Source of the DNA: Eukaryota sp. GEM-RC1
Taxonomy: Eukaryota
Assembly: GCA_040285855.1 (NCBI GenBank)
Contig: JAUFOQ010000010.1
Span: 1,426,001-1,490,000 of the forward strand
Direction of reading: 5' to 3'
Length of the DNA stretch: 64,000 nucleotides
Under the pieces are notes generated by a model, which saw only the letters and a program-made list of their open reading frames with translations, had not been told where the DNA came from and searched no databases. Both the position numbers and the translations under genes were made by a program. This document shows, one piece after another, positions 13,635-24,677 of the stretch; position 1 is the stretch's first letter; each line of letters opens with the position of its first letter.

Positions 13635-13700
13635 TGTTGTCTGTAGACATGGAAGAAGGTAAAGTAAATTTATTTTAAGGGTACTGTACCAGTACTAACA
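13635..13700 (-). repeat. 3' LTR (66 bp)
   Basis: TGTTAGTACTGG...CAGACAACA on the minus strand; contains AATAAA; flanked by TSD GAAT at 13631-13634. Confidence 0.95.
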
Positions 13701-13719
13701 CTACTTTTTCCCCTTTCTC
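13701..13719 (-). other. Polypurine tract overlapping the end of the integrase ORF
   Basis: GAGAAAGGGGAAAAAGTAG immediately 5' of the 3' LTR; encodes RKGKK-stop. Confidence 0.85.
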
Positions 13720-16700
13720 GAGGACCTGGTCCTCTTGGCAGGTGGAGAGGCACGACTGGTACTACCCTGAACACTTCGTTTCTTTCTAGTAGACGGTTTA
13801 TATGAGGGATTAGATTTAATAAACTCAGAATAGGCTTTCGTATTCTTTATTTGATCTAAAGGTACCTCGGTGGTGTCGCCATCGAACCAGACGACTGAAC
13901 AAACAGGTCCGGAGGGTGAGTCGGATTGGGACAGTACCTTAATCACGATCATTTCCTCAGAGTCACAGGATGCTACTGCTTTGTGGAACTCATCAGACGA
14001 GGGTTTGTCAGTGAGGTATTTCTTACATTGGTGAACACTAGATTTGAACTGATGTCCAGTGATAATGTTCTGTAAGGTAAGAGAGCTGGCAGTGGGAGTG
14101 TCGATGACCAGGAATGGACCTTCGAGCTTGCCGTGAAGCTTCTTAGTTTTGGAGTTAGTCTTGAGGACTAAGTCTCCACTCGAGTACAGGGACGACGAGG
14201 TTGGTTCGGCAGTTATCACGGGTTGGGTGGAAGATTGGTTGATCTCTGCCTCTTCCCGGTTTTTCAAAATTCTTTGAATTTTTGATTGATAATCTGCCAG
14301 GAAGAAATCTTCTGATTGGCTTTCCCGCGAGAGACAAGCTAGGATCTTGCTAGGGTCGCTACCAGGGCTGGTGGCTGATCCGAACATGAGTTGGTATGGG
14401 GTGAAACCTGTCACTCTGCTCTTAGTTGTGTTAACTAACAGTTGTACAATTGGAATGTACTTGGACCAGTTGTCGTAATCATTAAAATCGATAAGCATCT
14501 TTCTTAATGACTGCAGGGTGTCTCTGTGGCGACGTTCCACTAATCCGTTGCTTTGCGAAAAACTGGGGATGGATTTCTCCGTATCAATATCAAAAGCCTG
14601 ACACACGCCATTAAAGACATGGTTGGCAAACTCCTTACCATTATCGCTATGAATCAGATGGGGTATACCAAAGATGGCACATACATTACACACTAGTGCA
14701 TGAGCGGTTTCTTGGGCATTGAGCTCCTTCAGGGGACATAAGACTGTATAACGGGTAAACGAGTCTATGAAAACGAGAAGGTGACAGTTCCCGGAGGTAT
14801 CTGTCGGCAAAGGTCCGATGGTGTCGGCATTCATTTTGGCAAATGGTTTGTCAGCCCAAAGGTTACCTGATGGTTTGATTTTGAGTTTTGCAAGGGGGAG
14901 CTGTCTTTTGACAAGCTGGACATTGCATGCAGTGTTTCTTCATATCTTTGGCCATCTTAGGCCAGAAATAGTCACTAGAGTTTAGCCGATCAATGCTGAC
15001 TCTTAGGCTGGGGTGGCCTGCGTGAGGAAAACCGTGGATGTGGTTCATCGTGGTGTTCCGAAGACTCATAGGTATGAGTATCTTACCATCGCTATTTAGG
15101 AATAGCTGGAGCTCGTCGTTGTATACAGCAGTGGGATGCTGGAACAGTACGTCGTTGTTGTTCTTGGCTTCTACTTGTGTGGAGCGTATCTTCGATAGCC
15201 AAGCGTCAAAAATTTTTGACTTGTTGATTAATGGTTCACTAATTGATGGTTCACTAATCATGTTGATTGACTCGGAGGTCAGTGATTGATATTCCATGTC
15301 GTCATCAGTACGACATAGTCCATCGATTCTAGAGAGCATCGGCTCGGGGCAAGATGTGACTAGGTTTATGTTTTCGGGTTGAGAGGTTTCAATGTTTCGA
15401 GATAACATGTCTGCCCAGTAGTTGTCTGCTCCAACAGTGTGGATCACTGAGAATTGGAATTCGCTTAGGATAGGTATCCAACGCTTGACTACTCTGTTTT
15501 TCTCAGGTGCTGAGATGAGGAAAGCTAGGTTTCTATGATCTGTGAAGATGGTTAAATCCCTACTTAGGAGAAATGATGACATGGGGGATTCCGTTAGGAT
15601 CAGGACAATAGCGTACAACTCTTTCTGAATTGTTGCCCAGTTTTGTTGAGATTCCGTTAGGAGTTTGCTGTAGAAAGCTAGTGGAATAACTTTCCTGTTG
15701 TTCAATGGGGTTCCATCTTGTGCGTTAGGAGGTATTTCCTGCCAAATGACACCACCTACGGCGATATCACTGGCGTCTGCACTAATCAGCACGCGTTGGT
15801 CCCTGTCTGGTAGACTGAGAGGCATGTGATTGATGATCTTATTTCTGATTGTCTCAAAATTAGATTGATGGAGAGGTGTCCATTTTACTGAACGAGCGTT
15901 GTTCTTGACTAAGTTTATGATTGGAGCCAGAAGGTCTGACGCACCTGGAATAAAAGTCTTTTATGTAGTTAATCGAACCCACGAAGCTACGAACTTCTTT
16001 GATTGTGGTTGGTATGGGCAACTCTAGGAGAGCTGTGATACGCGATGGGTCAATACTGCGTGTATTGTTAACGAACTTACTGCCCAAGATCTTTAGTGGG
16101 TGTTTCTTTGTCACAACGTGGCATTTTGGTAGGCCAAGGTTGACTCTACGTGTTAATGCTTTAGTCAGAACGAATCGGATTCGGCTCATGAATTCTTCGA
16201 ATGTACGGCCTACTATGATGATGTCATCGATGTAGATGAATATGCCCTCATGGTCGAATATTTCATACATCAAATTTTGAAATATCGCAGGGACGTTCTT
16301 GAGTCCAAAACAAGCTCTTTTAAATCGGATGGCTTTGCCAGGGATTACTAGAGTTGTCTTGTCTCTGTCCTTTTCTGCGAGGTTCAATTGCCAGAAGGCT
16401 TTCGGAAGATCTAAGGTCGCTATGAAGTTAGCTTCACTCAGAAATTCCAAGATGTCGATGATCTTTGGAAGATTCGGTTCGACAACTCGGGTCAATGCGT
16501 TGATTCCATCGGAACCACTGAAGTCTCCCGTAAGGCGGGGCTTACGTTGATCGGGATAGACCACCAGTACTACCGGTGAACTGAACTGTCCGTTGGGAGT
16601 TGTTAACTCAGCAAAGTCCTGTCGGACGAGTTCATCAAAAATCTCTTCGGCAATCCGTTGTTTCATTGGATTGAGCCGTCGAGGTTTCCGTCTCACAGTG

Positions 16701-19700
16701 GACTCTTCATTGTAGAAGTCGATCGCCATGGGAGGACAATCGATGCCGTCTTTGTGAGGAGCTGTTGAAAATATTGAGGAAAACTCCTGAAGCAGGCTCA
16801 ATAGGCTCTTAGTTCTGTTATCATCATCTAGTTTGATTGTGCAACCTGAATCGAATACATGTTTATTAAAGTCTACAATGTTATCAATAGAATGGCTACG
16901 GGGAGGTTGTATGATACGTGAGTCGAACTCAGACTCATCGTTCACGGTGGCCAGGATGGCCTTGTCAATCCGGATGACTAGTCCGTCTTCGGTCAGTAGT
17001 CCTAACTGTTTCATCAGATCGATTCCCAATAATAGTTTGTTGGATCCGGGTATTATTGGTAACGTCTTATCCACGTGTGTCAGGTACGCGATACTACTGG
17101 TATCGAAGGTCAAGATGCCCTGGGCGCTACCCAAGGACCGGGACTCGACATTGTTAGCGGAGGTGAAGCGAACATTTTTGTTGACAGGCGTCATGTTACC
17201 AGGTCTTGTGTGATGACGGACATGGTTGCTCCACTGTCCCAAAAACCTTGAACCGGAATTCCGTTAATCATCAGTTTGCAGCTGAGAAGAGGGAGTGGGT
17301 TCTGACTACTTATGCTGAATATGGAATTCAGGCTTTGTGAGTTCGTATTACCATTGGCGGAACTGATGTTGCTCAATGGGTTTAAGAATTGATTGGATTC
17401 AATCAAAATGGGATTTGATTGATTAGATGTGATGTTGTCAGATATATCTACAAGGCTGTTAATATGTACTGAATTTGCATTGAAATATTTAGATTTTTTA
17501 TTAGACGAGTGTTTCTTGCTATGACTACGAGATGGTTTTAAGGCGGTACTCTTTGCATTGCGTTGTTCTAAAGGAAGTTCACTACGTTTACATTCGGGAT
17601 CCGGGCATTGGAGGATGGAATGGCCCTTTTCGCCACAAAATCTACAGGCGTCAGGGTCTTTCTCTGCAGATCGAGGCTTCTTCGAGGGTGGCTTGGAGCT
17701 GGATGCCGATCTACGAGATCTACCGGGTTCACTAGACTGAACCGGGATGAGGGGACGAGAAGTCCATGATTTGGGGAGGTCTTCCCAAGTAGCTGTATCT
17801 CTAAGATGAGCTATCTCGGCAATTCGTTGTTCGTTCTGCACGTTGGCTGGAGCAGATTTCCATCTCTCGCACCAAGTGTCATAACGTTCTTTGACTTCGA
17901 AGATTAATCCTTGGATATCCGGAGAATCTTGGTAGAGAGGCCAACATTCAATCCAGATGGATACGATGCCTAAGTTTGACAGAATAGCTTTAACAATGGC
18001 TTTGTCTGGTAACGCAGTCATTGGCTTATTCTTCGGCTTTATGGCCTGGGTTCTTTGTAGAACGCGGTGCAACCGTGATATGAAATCACTCCATCGCTCT
18101 TCAGGGTCTGTGATGGACCACTTCATCTTGATCTTGTTCAGCTCATTCAAGGCAGTGGTCTCGTCTGGGAACTGAGTACGCTTGAGGAGAGCTAACCATA
18201 GGGTGAGAGGGTTCTTACCATCCCACTCCTTTGCATAGACAGCTGGGTCTGTAAGTCGAACTTCACAAAGCGTTGGATGTAAGAAGGATCAGCGTGTGCT
18301 GCAGCCGTTCGACAGAAGTCGAAAAAATGTCTTGGCCATCCGAATGGAGCCCCTACCGGTGTTTTGTGGTTAGGGTCCATCACGCTCCATTGAAGAAAGT
18401 CTTGAGCAAATTCAATGATGTCGTGTGGTTTCAAACTCGAAAGCATCTTTGGTTGAAGCTTGGAGTTCTTCATAGAGTCGAGGGGGACTTTCTGTTGGAA
18501 AGTGACAACACTATGGGACATTGGGGAACGTTGTTCCACAACCGAATTGGAAGCTGACGGAGCCAGGGGGGGGAAGGAGGTCAGTTGAAGGGGAGGTTGA
18601 TGTCGTGCTAAGATCACTCAAGGAGAGACCAAGCTGGTGGACATCAGATGGTGGATTTGATTGATCGGAAGGTGATTGATAAAATTCGGAAATTTCTTTC
18701 ACTTTAGACTTCGGATTTGCATTTGCTCTACGAGCGAGTTCTTCTTCATATTCCACTCGAGCTCGGTATTTCAATGCTGTGGGTTGGATAACCACTTCAT
18801 CAGTCGTGGTTATGGTGCTCTGGATAGCTTCGGGGAGCGGAGAGGAGTTGTGATCTGATGGGCGAATTCTTTTGTCCAAATTCGACTTTTCAAAAGTTCG
18901 ACCTGTCAATACTTCCTGGACCTTTTCCCAGCAATCTTTCACGGGAATCATGGTTTCCGGTATACTAGGGTCCATCAGGATAGTATGGGGTTTTCCTCGG
19001 TCGTCAAGGATGGTGTAAGTTCCTTCAAGGGGGAGAACTTCGTCGTTAAATTGTCTCCTGATCAGTCTTATGGCTGCCTGAGCTGGTCTAGGATAGCGGT
19101 TTCTTAGGTAGTCCGTTCTATCTTTGGCTCCATGAAGAAAATCATGTACCATTTGGCGATCTGATGGGAACATACGATGTTCTACTCGTTTTAGTTCCTC
19201 TTCTGTTAACCCTTGTTGAAAAGGTCCAGGAGGGGCCTGGAATAACTCTGAGGAACCCGTCTTAGTGGACCTGACAGGATAAAACCCTTGGACGGGAATA
19301 ATGGGATGGGGTTGGAACCCTCTCGTATCTGTGACAGGCCTTGACGGCGGAGGTTGAGACGGGTTAGATGGGCCTTTAGCGGGCGTCTGACCAGACTCTT
19401 CATCATCAGATTCGTCGTATTCGCATAGATCTTCTAAGTCAGGGTCCGCGGTGGGAGTGACGTGAGATACTATGGGTGTTTCACCAACATGAGGAACGGT
19501 GTCCTGGGCACGTGGAGTCGACGAGGCATCAACTATGGGAAGTGATGAGGGAACGGTACCCTTCTGAGATTTTTTTAATAGGGGCACTTTTGGAAGTGGC
19601 TTTAGGCAAAGGCTTGGATGGATGGAGACCTAGGTCTCGTTCCGAGGCAAACTTGAACCCCTCTAGTTGCGACGTGGGAGTTGCAAAAGAGGAGAATTGG

Positions 19701-20245
19701 AGAGTAGGAAAAGGCTTGTTCGGAGTTGGAGCTCCGCTGAACATAGCTCTAATCCTCTCGAAGGAAGGATTCGGTGGAGACGAAGTGTCTTTCGGAGGGA
19801 CCATATCTCTCGGAGGAGATAAATCCTGGTAATTAATCTGGACAGTGGAATCTTCCAGGGAGGAGGGGCTCTGAAGAGTGGTACCTTCTGGAGGGCTATC
19901 CTCTTGAATGGTGATTACTTCCTCTTGGGGTTGGGAAGGAAGGGTGGAACCTTCAACCACAGGAATCCTTTGAAGGGCGGGACCTTCTGAGGGAGTTTGC
20001 TGGGTTTGAGGAGTAGGGACGGAACCTGCAACCTCGGAAGTTGCTGGAAGGGCGGAACCTTCAACAGAAGAGGGACTTTGAAGGGCGGAACCTTCTAAAA
20101 GGGATGTAGTTGTTCCTTGGAGGGCGGGACCATCCGAGAAGAAACGACTCATTGTGGGGTCCTGGGACCTTGGTGAGTGCGGGGGCACTCTTTCACAAGG
20201 CGCAGCACCACATGGGACACAATAATTATTGTTGTCTGTAGACAT
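13701..20245 (-). CDS. Gag-Pol polyprotein, probably one ORF split by six single-base indels
   Basis: Zn knuckle CRFCGEKGHSILQC; protease WDSGA; RT LDLPKAFWQL, FGLKNVP, YIDDII; RNase H DASD, KELYAI, TDHRNL, ADMLSR; integrase HHCC (HGFPHAGH..CPAC), DTIGP, SDNGKEF, SNGLVER, GPF motif. Confidence 0.9.
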
Positions 20246-20295
20246 GGGAGAAGGTAAAGTAAATTTATTTTAAGGGTACTGTACCAGTACTAACA
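20230..20295 (-). repeat. 5' LTR (66 bp), containing the polyprotein ATG (20245)
   Basis: Same as the 3' LTR except 20248 G versus 13653 A; flanked by TSD GAAT at 20296-20299. Confidence 0.95.
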
Positions 20296-20593
20296 GAATT
20301 GAGACAAACGCGCATTCAAAGAAGAACTTGTTGACGTAACCGATTCTATGAATGAATTTGACCAATTCATCGAAGACAGTGGAAGGACGAATAGTATCTG
20401 ATCCCAATCAACCATGAGTAAGTAAGTGGACATTGAAAGACAATAATAGAGGTCCTTGTATGAAGATGGTAGAAGAAAGATGAGATGAATCTGATTGAAG
20501 AGAAGATATTGGTGTTGAAACAGCATTTAGATGAGTAGCATAAGTGATTTCAGAGTAGCGATTCTTCTTGAGTGGAGGTTCACTGTGAGACAT
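20296..20593 (-). pseudogene. 5' part of the interrupted LRR gene
   Basis: MSHSEPPLKK...LLTHG*LGSDTIRPSTVFDELVKFIHRIGYVNKFFFECAFVSI joins in frame to QTYFESK beyond 13634. It aligns with the paralog motif SFFKKVGYVSHHFFES. One in-frame TGA at 20408-20410. Confidence 0.85.
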
Positions 20594-23162
20594 TGTTTGG
20601 AGAATTTGTTTATGTGAAACTACAGTAGAACAAAAAGTGAGAAAATTCTACATTGTAGACAGATGAAAGGTATCAGGTCACACTACATTGTAGCTGGTCA
20701 GGTCAAAGTCTTGACCCCATCTTGACCTGACCTTTGATCCGATGGAAGGTATCTTGATCTGACCTGTTGCTTGATGTCTTGATCAACTACATTGAGTGTA
20801 TAATCTGTTGTGTTTCATAGCTGAATTAGTTGATATGATGTTGTTTCATATAATTGAACTCAAACAAGGTCCAACAATTACTTTATAAATCCACTTCAAA
20901 ACCAGAGTCTAACCACGCATTCAGACATACAAGAGCTTCGTTTTCGTTTTTGTATATTATTATTAATCGTCTACACTGACAGCTTATTACACAATAATAG
21001 TTTTGTACTACTTTATGTGTGATTTTGAATTAAAGAACATAATCAATGAACATCGAAGACTAGAAGGCAGATATCTTGACCTGACCCAAGTTCTGATGAT
21101 CTTATCTTAACTTTTTAACAGCCTTACAAAAGACATATAATCACGACCATAGGGTTACTGAAAATGAAATTTTGCATTCGATTATGGAAGAAGAATTGGG
21201 ATTGGTATAACCCTACAGCAATTGGTTTAATTAGTGTGGATTACACTAATTTTCATTACTTTTTCAGCTCGTAGAAATTATTATTGAAAAGTGAGAAAAT
21301 TGCTTGGTATCTATTATTGCCATTAATTAAAGGTTTTTAAAAATTTGTTACACATAACCATGGCTATGAAAACTCTATTGCTTTTCCAATATTGCAATCA
21401 TCAATATTTATAACCGTAATCTACATCATTTTCTGGTTCTTCCTTTCGGTTTGTTGGGACACTTCTTCTTCTTGTGACCTTCAATAATACATCCTCCACA
21501 TGGTGGATTGAACACCAAGATTGGGTGTAAGTGGTAGAACAATAGACTTTGTCAATAGTTTTAGATTATGTACATCTGGTAGTCCTTTCACTCTCCTTGT
21601 TTCACCAGTGCAATAAATCTAAACGCTCTTTGTTAGTTGTAACAAATCGGAAGGAATGACATAGTGTAAATTAAGGTATTTTGTTGATCACTTGTTTGAA
21701 CATGGAATGAACAAAACGATCTTTCAGAATCTTACACAACAAGAGATTCCAATTCTATGGATAGAAAGATGAAAACTAAACTCTTTTGCAGCAGAGCAAA
21801 TTTCCATTGGGACAATAATTCATCACAGTTAAGGAACTTTCTTAAAGCTGAAGAGGAACATCCTCAATGTCAGACATGAATAGTACAAAGAAAGGCAATT
21901 TTGCGGTACAAAGATAGCCACATCCCCATTTTCGGTAGTTTTGGTGAAATGAAATTTCAGTTTTCATCTACTAGTAGTGTTTCATAGCCTTTATTTTGAT
22001 ATGTATTGTGGTCCCCTTCATCTGTAAAGTTTGTTCTTAATTGATTTTTTTTTCATACATGGGCATGACATCATGACGCCATTGTGTTTTTTTTGTGAAG
22101 TTTTATGACACATCATCTAATGCTAATTAATGTGCGACTACACCTGAAACAAATGAATCTTTTGTCGCCCGTCATTTTCCAAACAAACTCTCATCCTCAA
22201 TACAGTTCCATTCTGACATTATCTGATATTCCTGGTTTATATGCAAAATCTTTAGTTTAAGTGACATATAAAATGTTGATGATGTAATTGTATCACAACA
22301 AACGAACCAAAAACTCGTGCTGGTGCAAAAGATTATTCCATGAAGTCCTTATCGGTATAAGAAGTGAAAAAATTGTGGAAATGAAGAAGAAAAAGAATAT
22401 TCATTCATGTAGACTATTGTTGAATAACTATCAATAAATATTGGAAATAGTGTTGTTTGTCATACTGACACGTCATGACATGGAGTGTCATGACAGAATT
22501 CAATTTGTTGTCAGGTATGATTTTTTTGATGAAATTCAGACACATATTGTGAAGAAATACTGAAATTGATTTAGAAATAATGTAACTTTTAGAAAGTTAA
22601 AAAGTAAAATTAGAAACCGAAATGAATGAATGTTTTTGACCATAGACATGGGCTTTGTCAGACAGGAAGAAAGTGAAGACGATTAATATTTTGAAGAATC
22701 CTAGTACTAGGTATTTAGGGTATTCAGGTAGGTATTGGTTATTGTTATTCATAAAATCAGGTATCCACAACTATGATTGCTATCAATCAACATAGCGAAA
22801 TCAGCATACTGGTATCAATACACTGACTCAAATAGCAATAATTTGAGTTATTAAACATAGTTATATATATAGACCTATAAGCCGGCTGGCCAGAGGTGGA
22901 TGGCTGGGATGAGATTAAAAAGTGGACCGACTGCCAACCCTACTTGTATTGGGGTCCTTTAAATCTCTCTTTGTATAATTAAAGAATATTCCATCTTTTT
23001 GTTCAAAGCTAAGAGTATAGCATAACTATATGTTGTAACTAAAGAAGAAATGACCTCATAACAATGGATAAATGTTAATTCAATGTTTCAATTTGGTATT
23101 GGTTAACCAGTGATATTGGGTTTTGTTTCAATGAGAGAGTATAACTTACTGATTAAGTTTAT

Positions 23163-24677
23163 CTAATAATAGTGTATTTGGACAATGGTATTGCATTTCA
23201 ACGTCTTTGCCAAAGCACTGCGACCGTTTGTCCCAATAAAGTCGATCTTTAGATCAATATTTGTAACTGTAGTGTTAACTTTTAACGCATCTGCCAATGC
23301 TCTAATACCTTCATTTCCAATCCAATTGCTGTCTAGATTAATACTTGTAATTGTGGTATTAACTTTTAACACATCTGCCAAAGCTCTGGCGCCTTCATCT
23401 CCAATAGAGTTGTGGCCCAGATTAACACTTAATAATGTAGTATTAACTTTTAACGCCTTTGACAATGCTCTAATACCATCATTTCCAATACAATTGTGAT
23501 TCAGATCAATACTTGTAACTGTAGTGTTAACTTTTAACGCATCTGCCAAAGCTCTAGCACCTGTATTTACAATAGAGTTGTGTCCCAGATTAACACTTGT
23601 TACTGTAGTATTAACTTTTAACGTCTTTGACAATGCTCTAATACCTTCATTTCCAATACAATTGCTGTCTAGATTAATACTTGTAATTGTGGTATTAACT
23701 TTCAATAGTTCTATAAATGTCATAGAGATAGAACTATGAACATACACGTGAAGCTTCTTAAGACGTGGAAACATCAACGAAGACTTGTTAAGAAACTCCA
23801 AGTCATTGCAATTTGATAATTTCAATTCCAAACCTGAAATTATATTAGAATAATTGAGAAATTCTTCAACTTTAAAGGTCGCGGAATCGTGCAAGAAAAC
23901 AGACTGTATCTTTGCTCCAAAGAAAGAAGCAAATGAACAGAGTTGAGGAAGGAGATTAAAACAAATATGAAACGTGTTTGTACTAAGAAACACATTGGTT
24001 GCTAGTAGAGCTGATTCAAAGAAATGATGGCTTACATAGCCAACTTTCTTGAAGAATGAATGAAGTTCGTTCTTTAAACAAAGGAATCCATGACGAGGTT
24101 CCTCACGATCCCATTCAAGGGAAGACTCACAAAGACTTCTCAACAAGTGAACACTGATGAGAATCAACAAAGACTGTTGGAAGTGTAGGGATCTTAAAGG
24201 AGACTGTAATGAATATGTCAAAGGGAGAAGTTCAAGTGGTTTAGGTTCAGCATTAGGTTTAGAAGAGAAGGTACTAGTATTCAATGGTTTAACAGAAGAC
24301 CGAGGAGTAGAGGCTACATAGGTACGGATAGGGCGGCCATGGATCTTAAACATCCAGTACTTATCTAAACATTGCTTGAGTCCTTGAACATCAAGAAATT
24401 CGACAAAGAACGTACCCGGCATATTACTAGGAGATCGAACTTCTTTAACGGGAAGAGAGGAGAAAGCTTGCCGAATGTCAGCTTCTGTTGCACTGTATGC
24501 AACGTTCACGATTTTGGCAGTGAAGGGGGCTTCAGAGGGAAGTTCATATTCTTGGTGGGATGGACGTAGAGTGAAAATGAGTGGTTCTTCACAAGCTATT
24601 GGATTACAAGAAGATCGAGTAGGTTCACTGTGGAAGGAGGATGTTTCATCAGTTCTTGTTTGAGTATTATGCTTCAT
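23163..24677 (-). CDS. RRM (eIF4B/eIF4H-like) fused to an RI/NLRC3-like LRR protein
   Basis: Intact ORF. RRM PSEAPFTAKIVNVAYSATEADIRQAF...FFVEFLD...IHGRPIRTYVA, family linker FFKKVGYVSHHFFE, then about six 28-aa repeats KVNTTVTSINLxxNxIGNEGxRALxxAL. Confidence 0.88.
   Translation of the reverse strand: MKHNTQTRTDETSSFHSEPTRSSCNPIACEEPLIFTLRPSHQEYELPSEAPFTAKIVNVAYSATEADIRQAFSSLPVKEVRSPSNMPGTFFVEFLDVQGLKQCLDKYWMFKIHGRPIRTYVASTPRSSVKPLNTSTFSSKPNAEPKPLELLPLTYSLQSPLRSLHFQQSLLILISVHLLRSLCESSLEWDREEPRHGFLCLKNELHSFFKKVGYVSHHFFESALLATNVFLSTNTFHICFNLLPQLCSFASFFGAKIQSVFLHDSATFKVEEFLNYSNIISGLELKLSNCNDLEFLNKSSLMFPRLKKLHVYVHSSISMTFIELLKVNTTITSINLDSNCIGNEGIRALSKTLKVNTTVTSVNLGHNSIVNTGARALADALKVNTTVTSIDLNHNCIGNDGIRALSKALKVNTTLLSVNLGHNSIGDEGARALADVLKVNTTITSINLDSNWIGNEGIRALADALKVNTTVTNIDLKIDFIGTNGRSALAKTLKCNTIVQIHYY

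Larger units (their letters stand above)
13635..20295 (-). mobile_element. Full-length Ty3/gypsy (Metaviridae) LTR retrotransposon with 66-bp LTRs
   Basis: Direct terminal repeats 13635-13700 and 20230-20295 (65/66 identical, TG...CA), TSD GAAT, domain order Gag-PR-RT-RH-IN, PPT next to the 3' LTR. Confidence 0.97.

Noticed and set aside
15038..19832. Plus-strand ORFs inside the retrotransposon
   Set aside because: Antisense shadows of the Gag-Pol frame with no motifs. The same applies to shadow ORFs over the LRR and SEL1 genes.
20408..20410. In-frame TGA here and in-frame TAA at 62635-62637 as signs of a non-standard genetic code
   Set aside because: They are isolated cases in damaged copies; TAA, TAG and TGA all end intact genes in this window.
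20690..22950. Scattered TIR-like motifs (CTTGACCTGACC, TAGGGTTA/TAACCCTA, CATGACA, GCCAACCCTA)
   Set aside because: Probably old MITE debris, but I could not pair ends or find TSDs.
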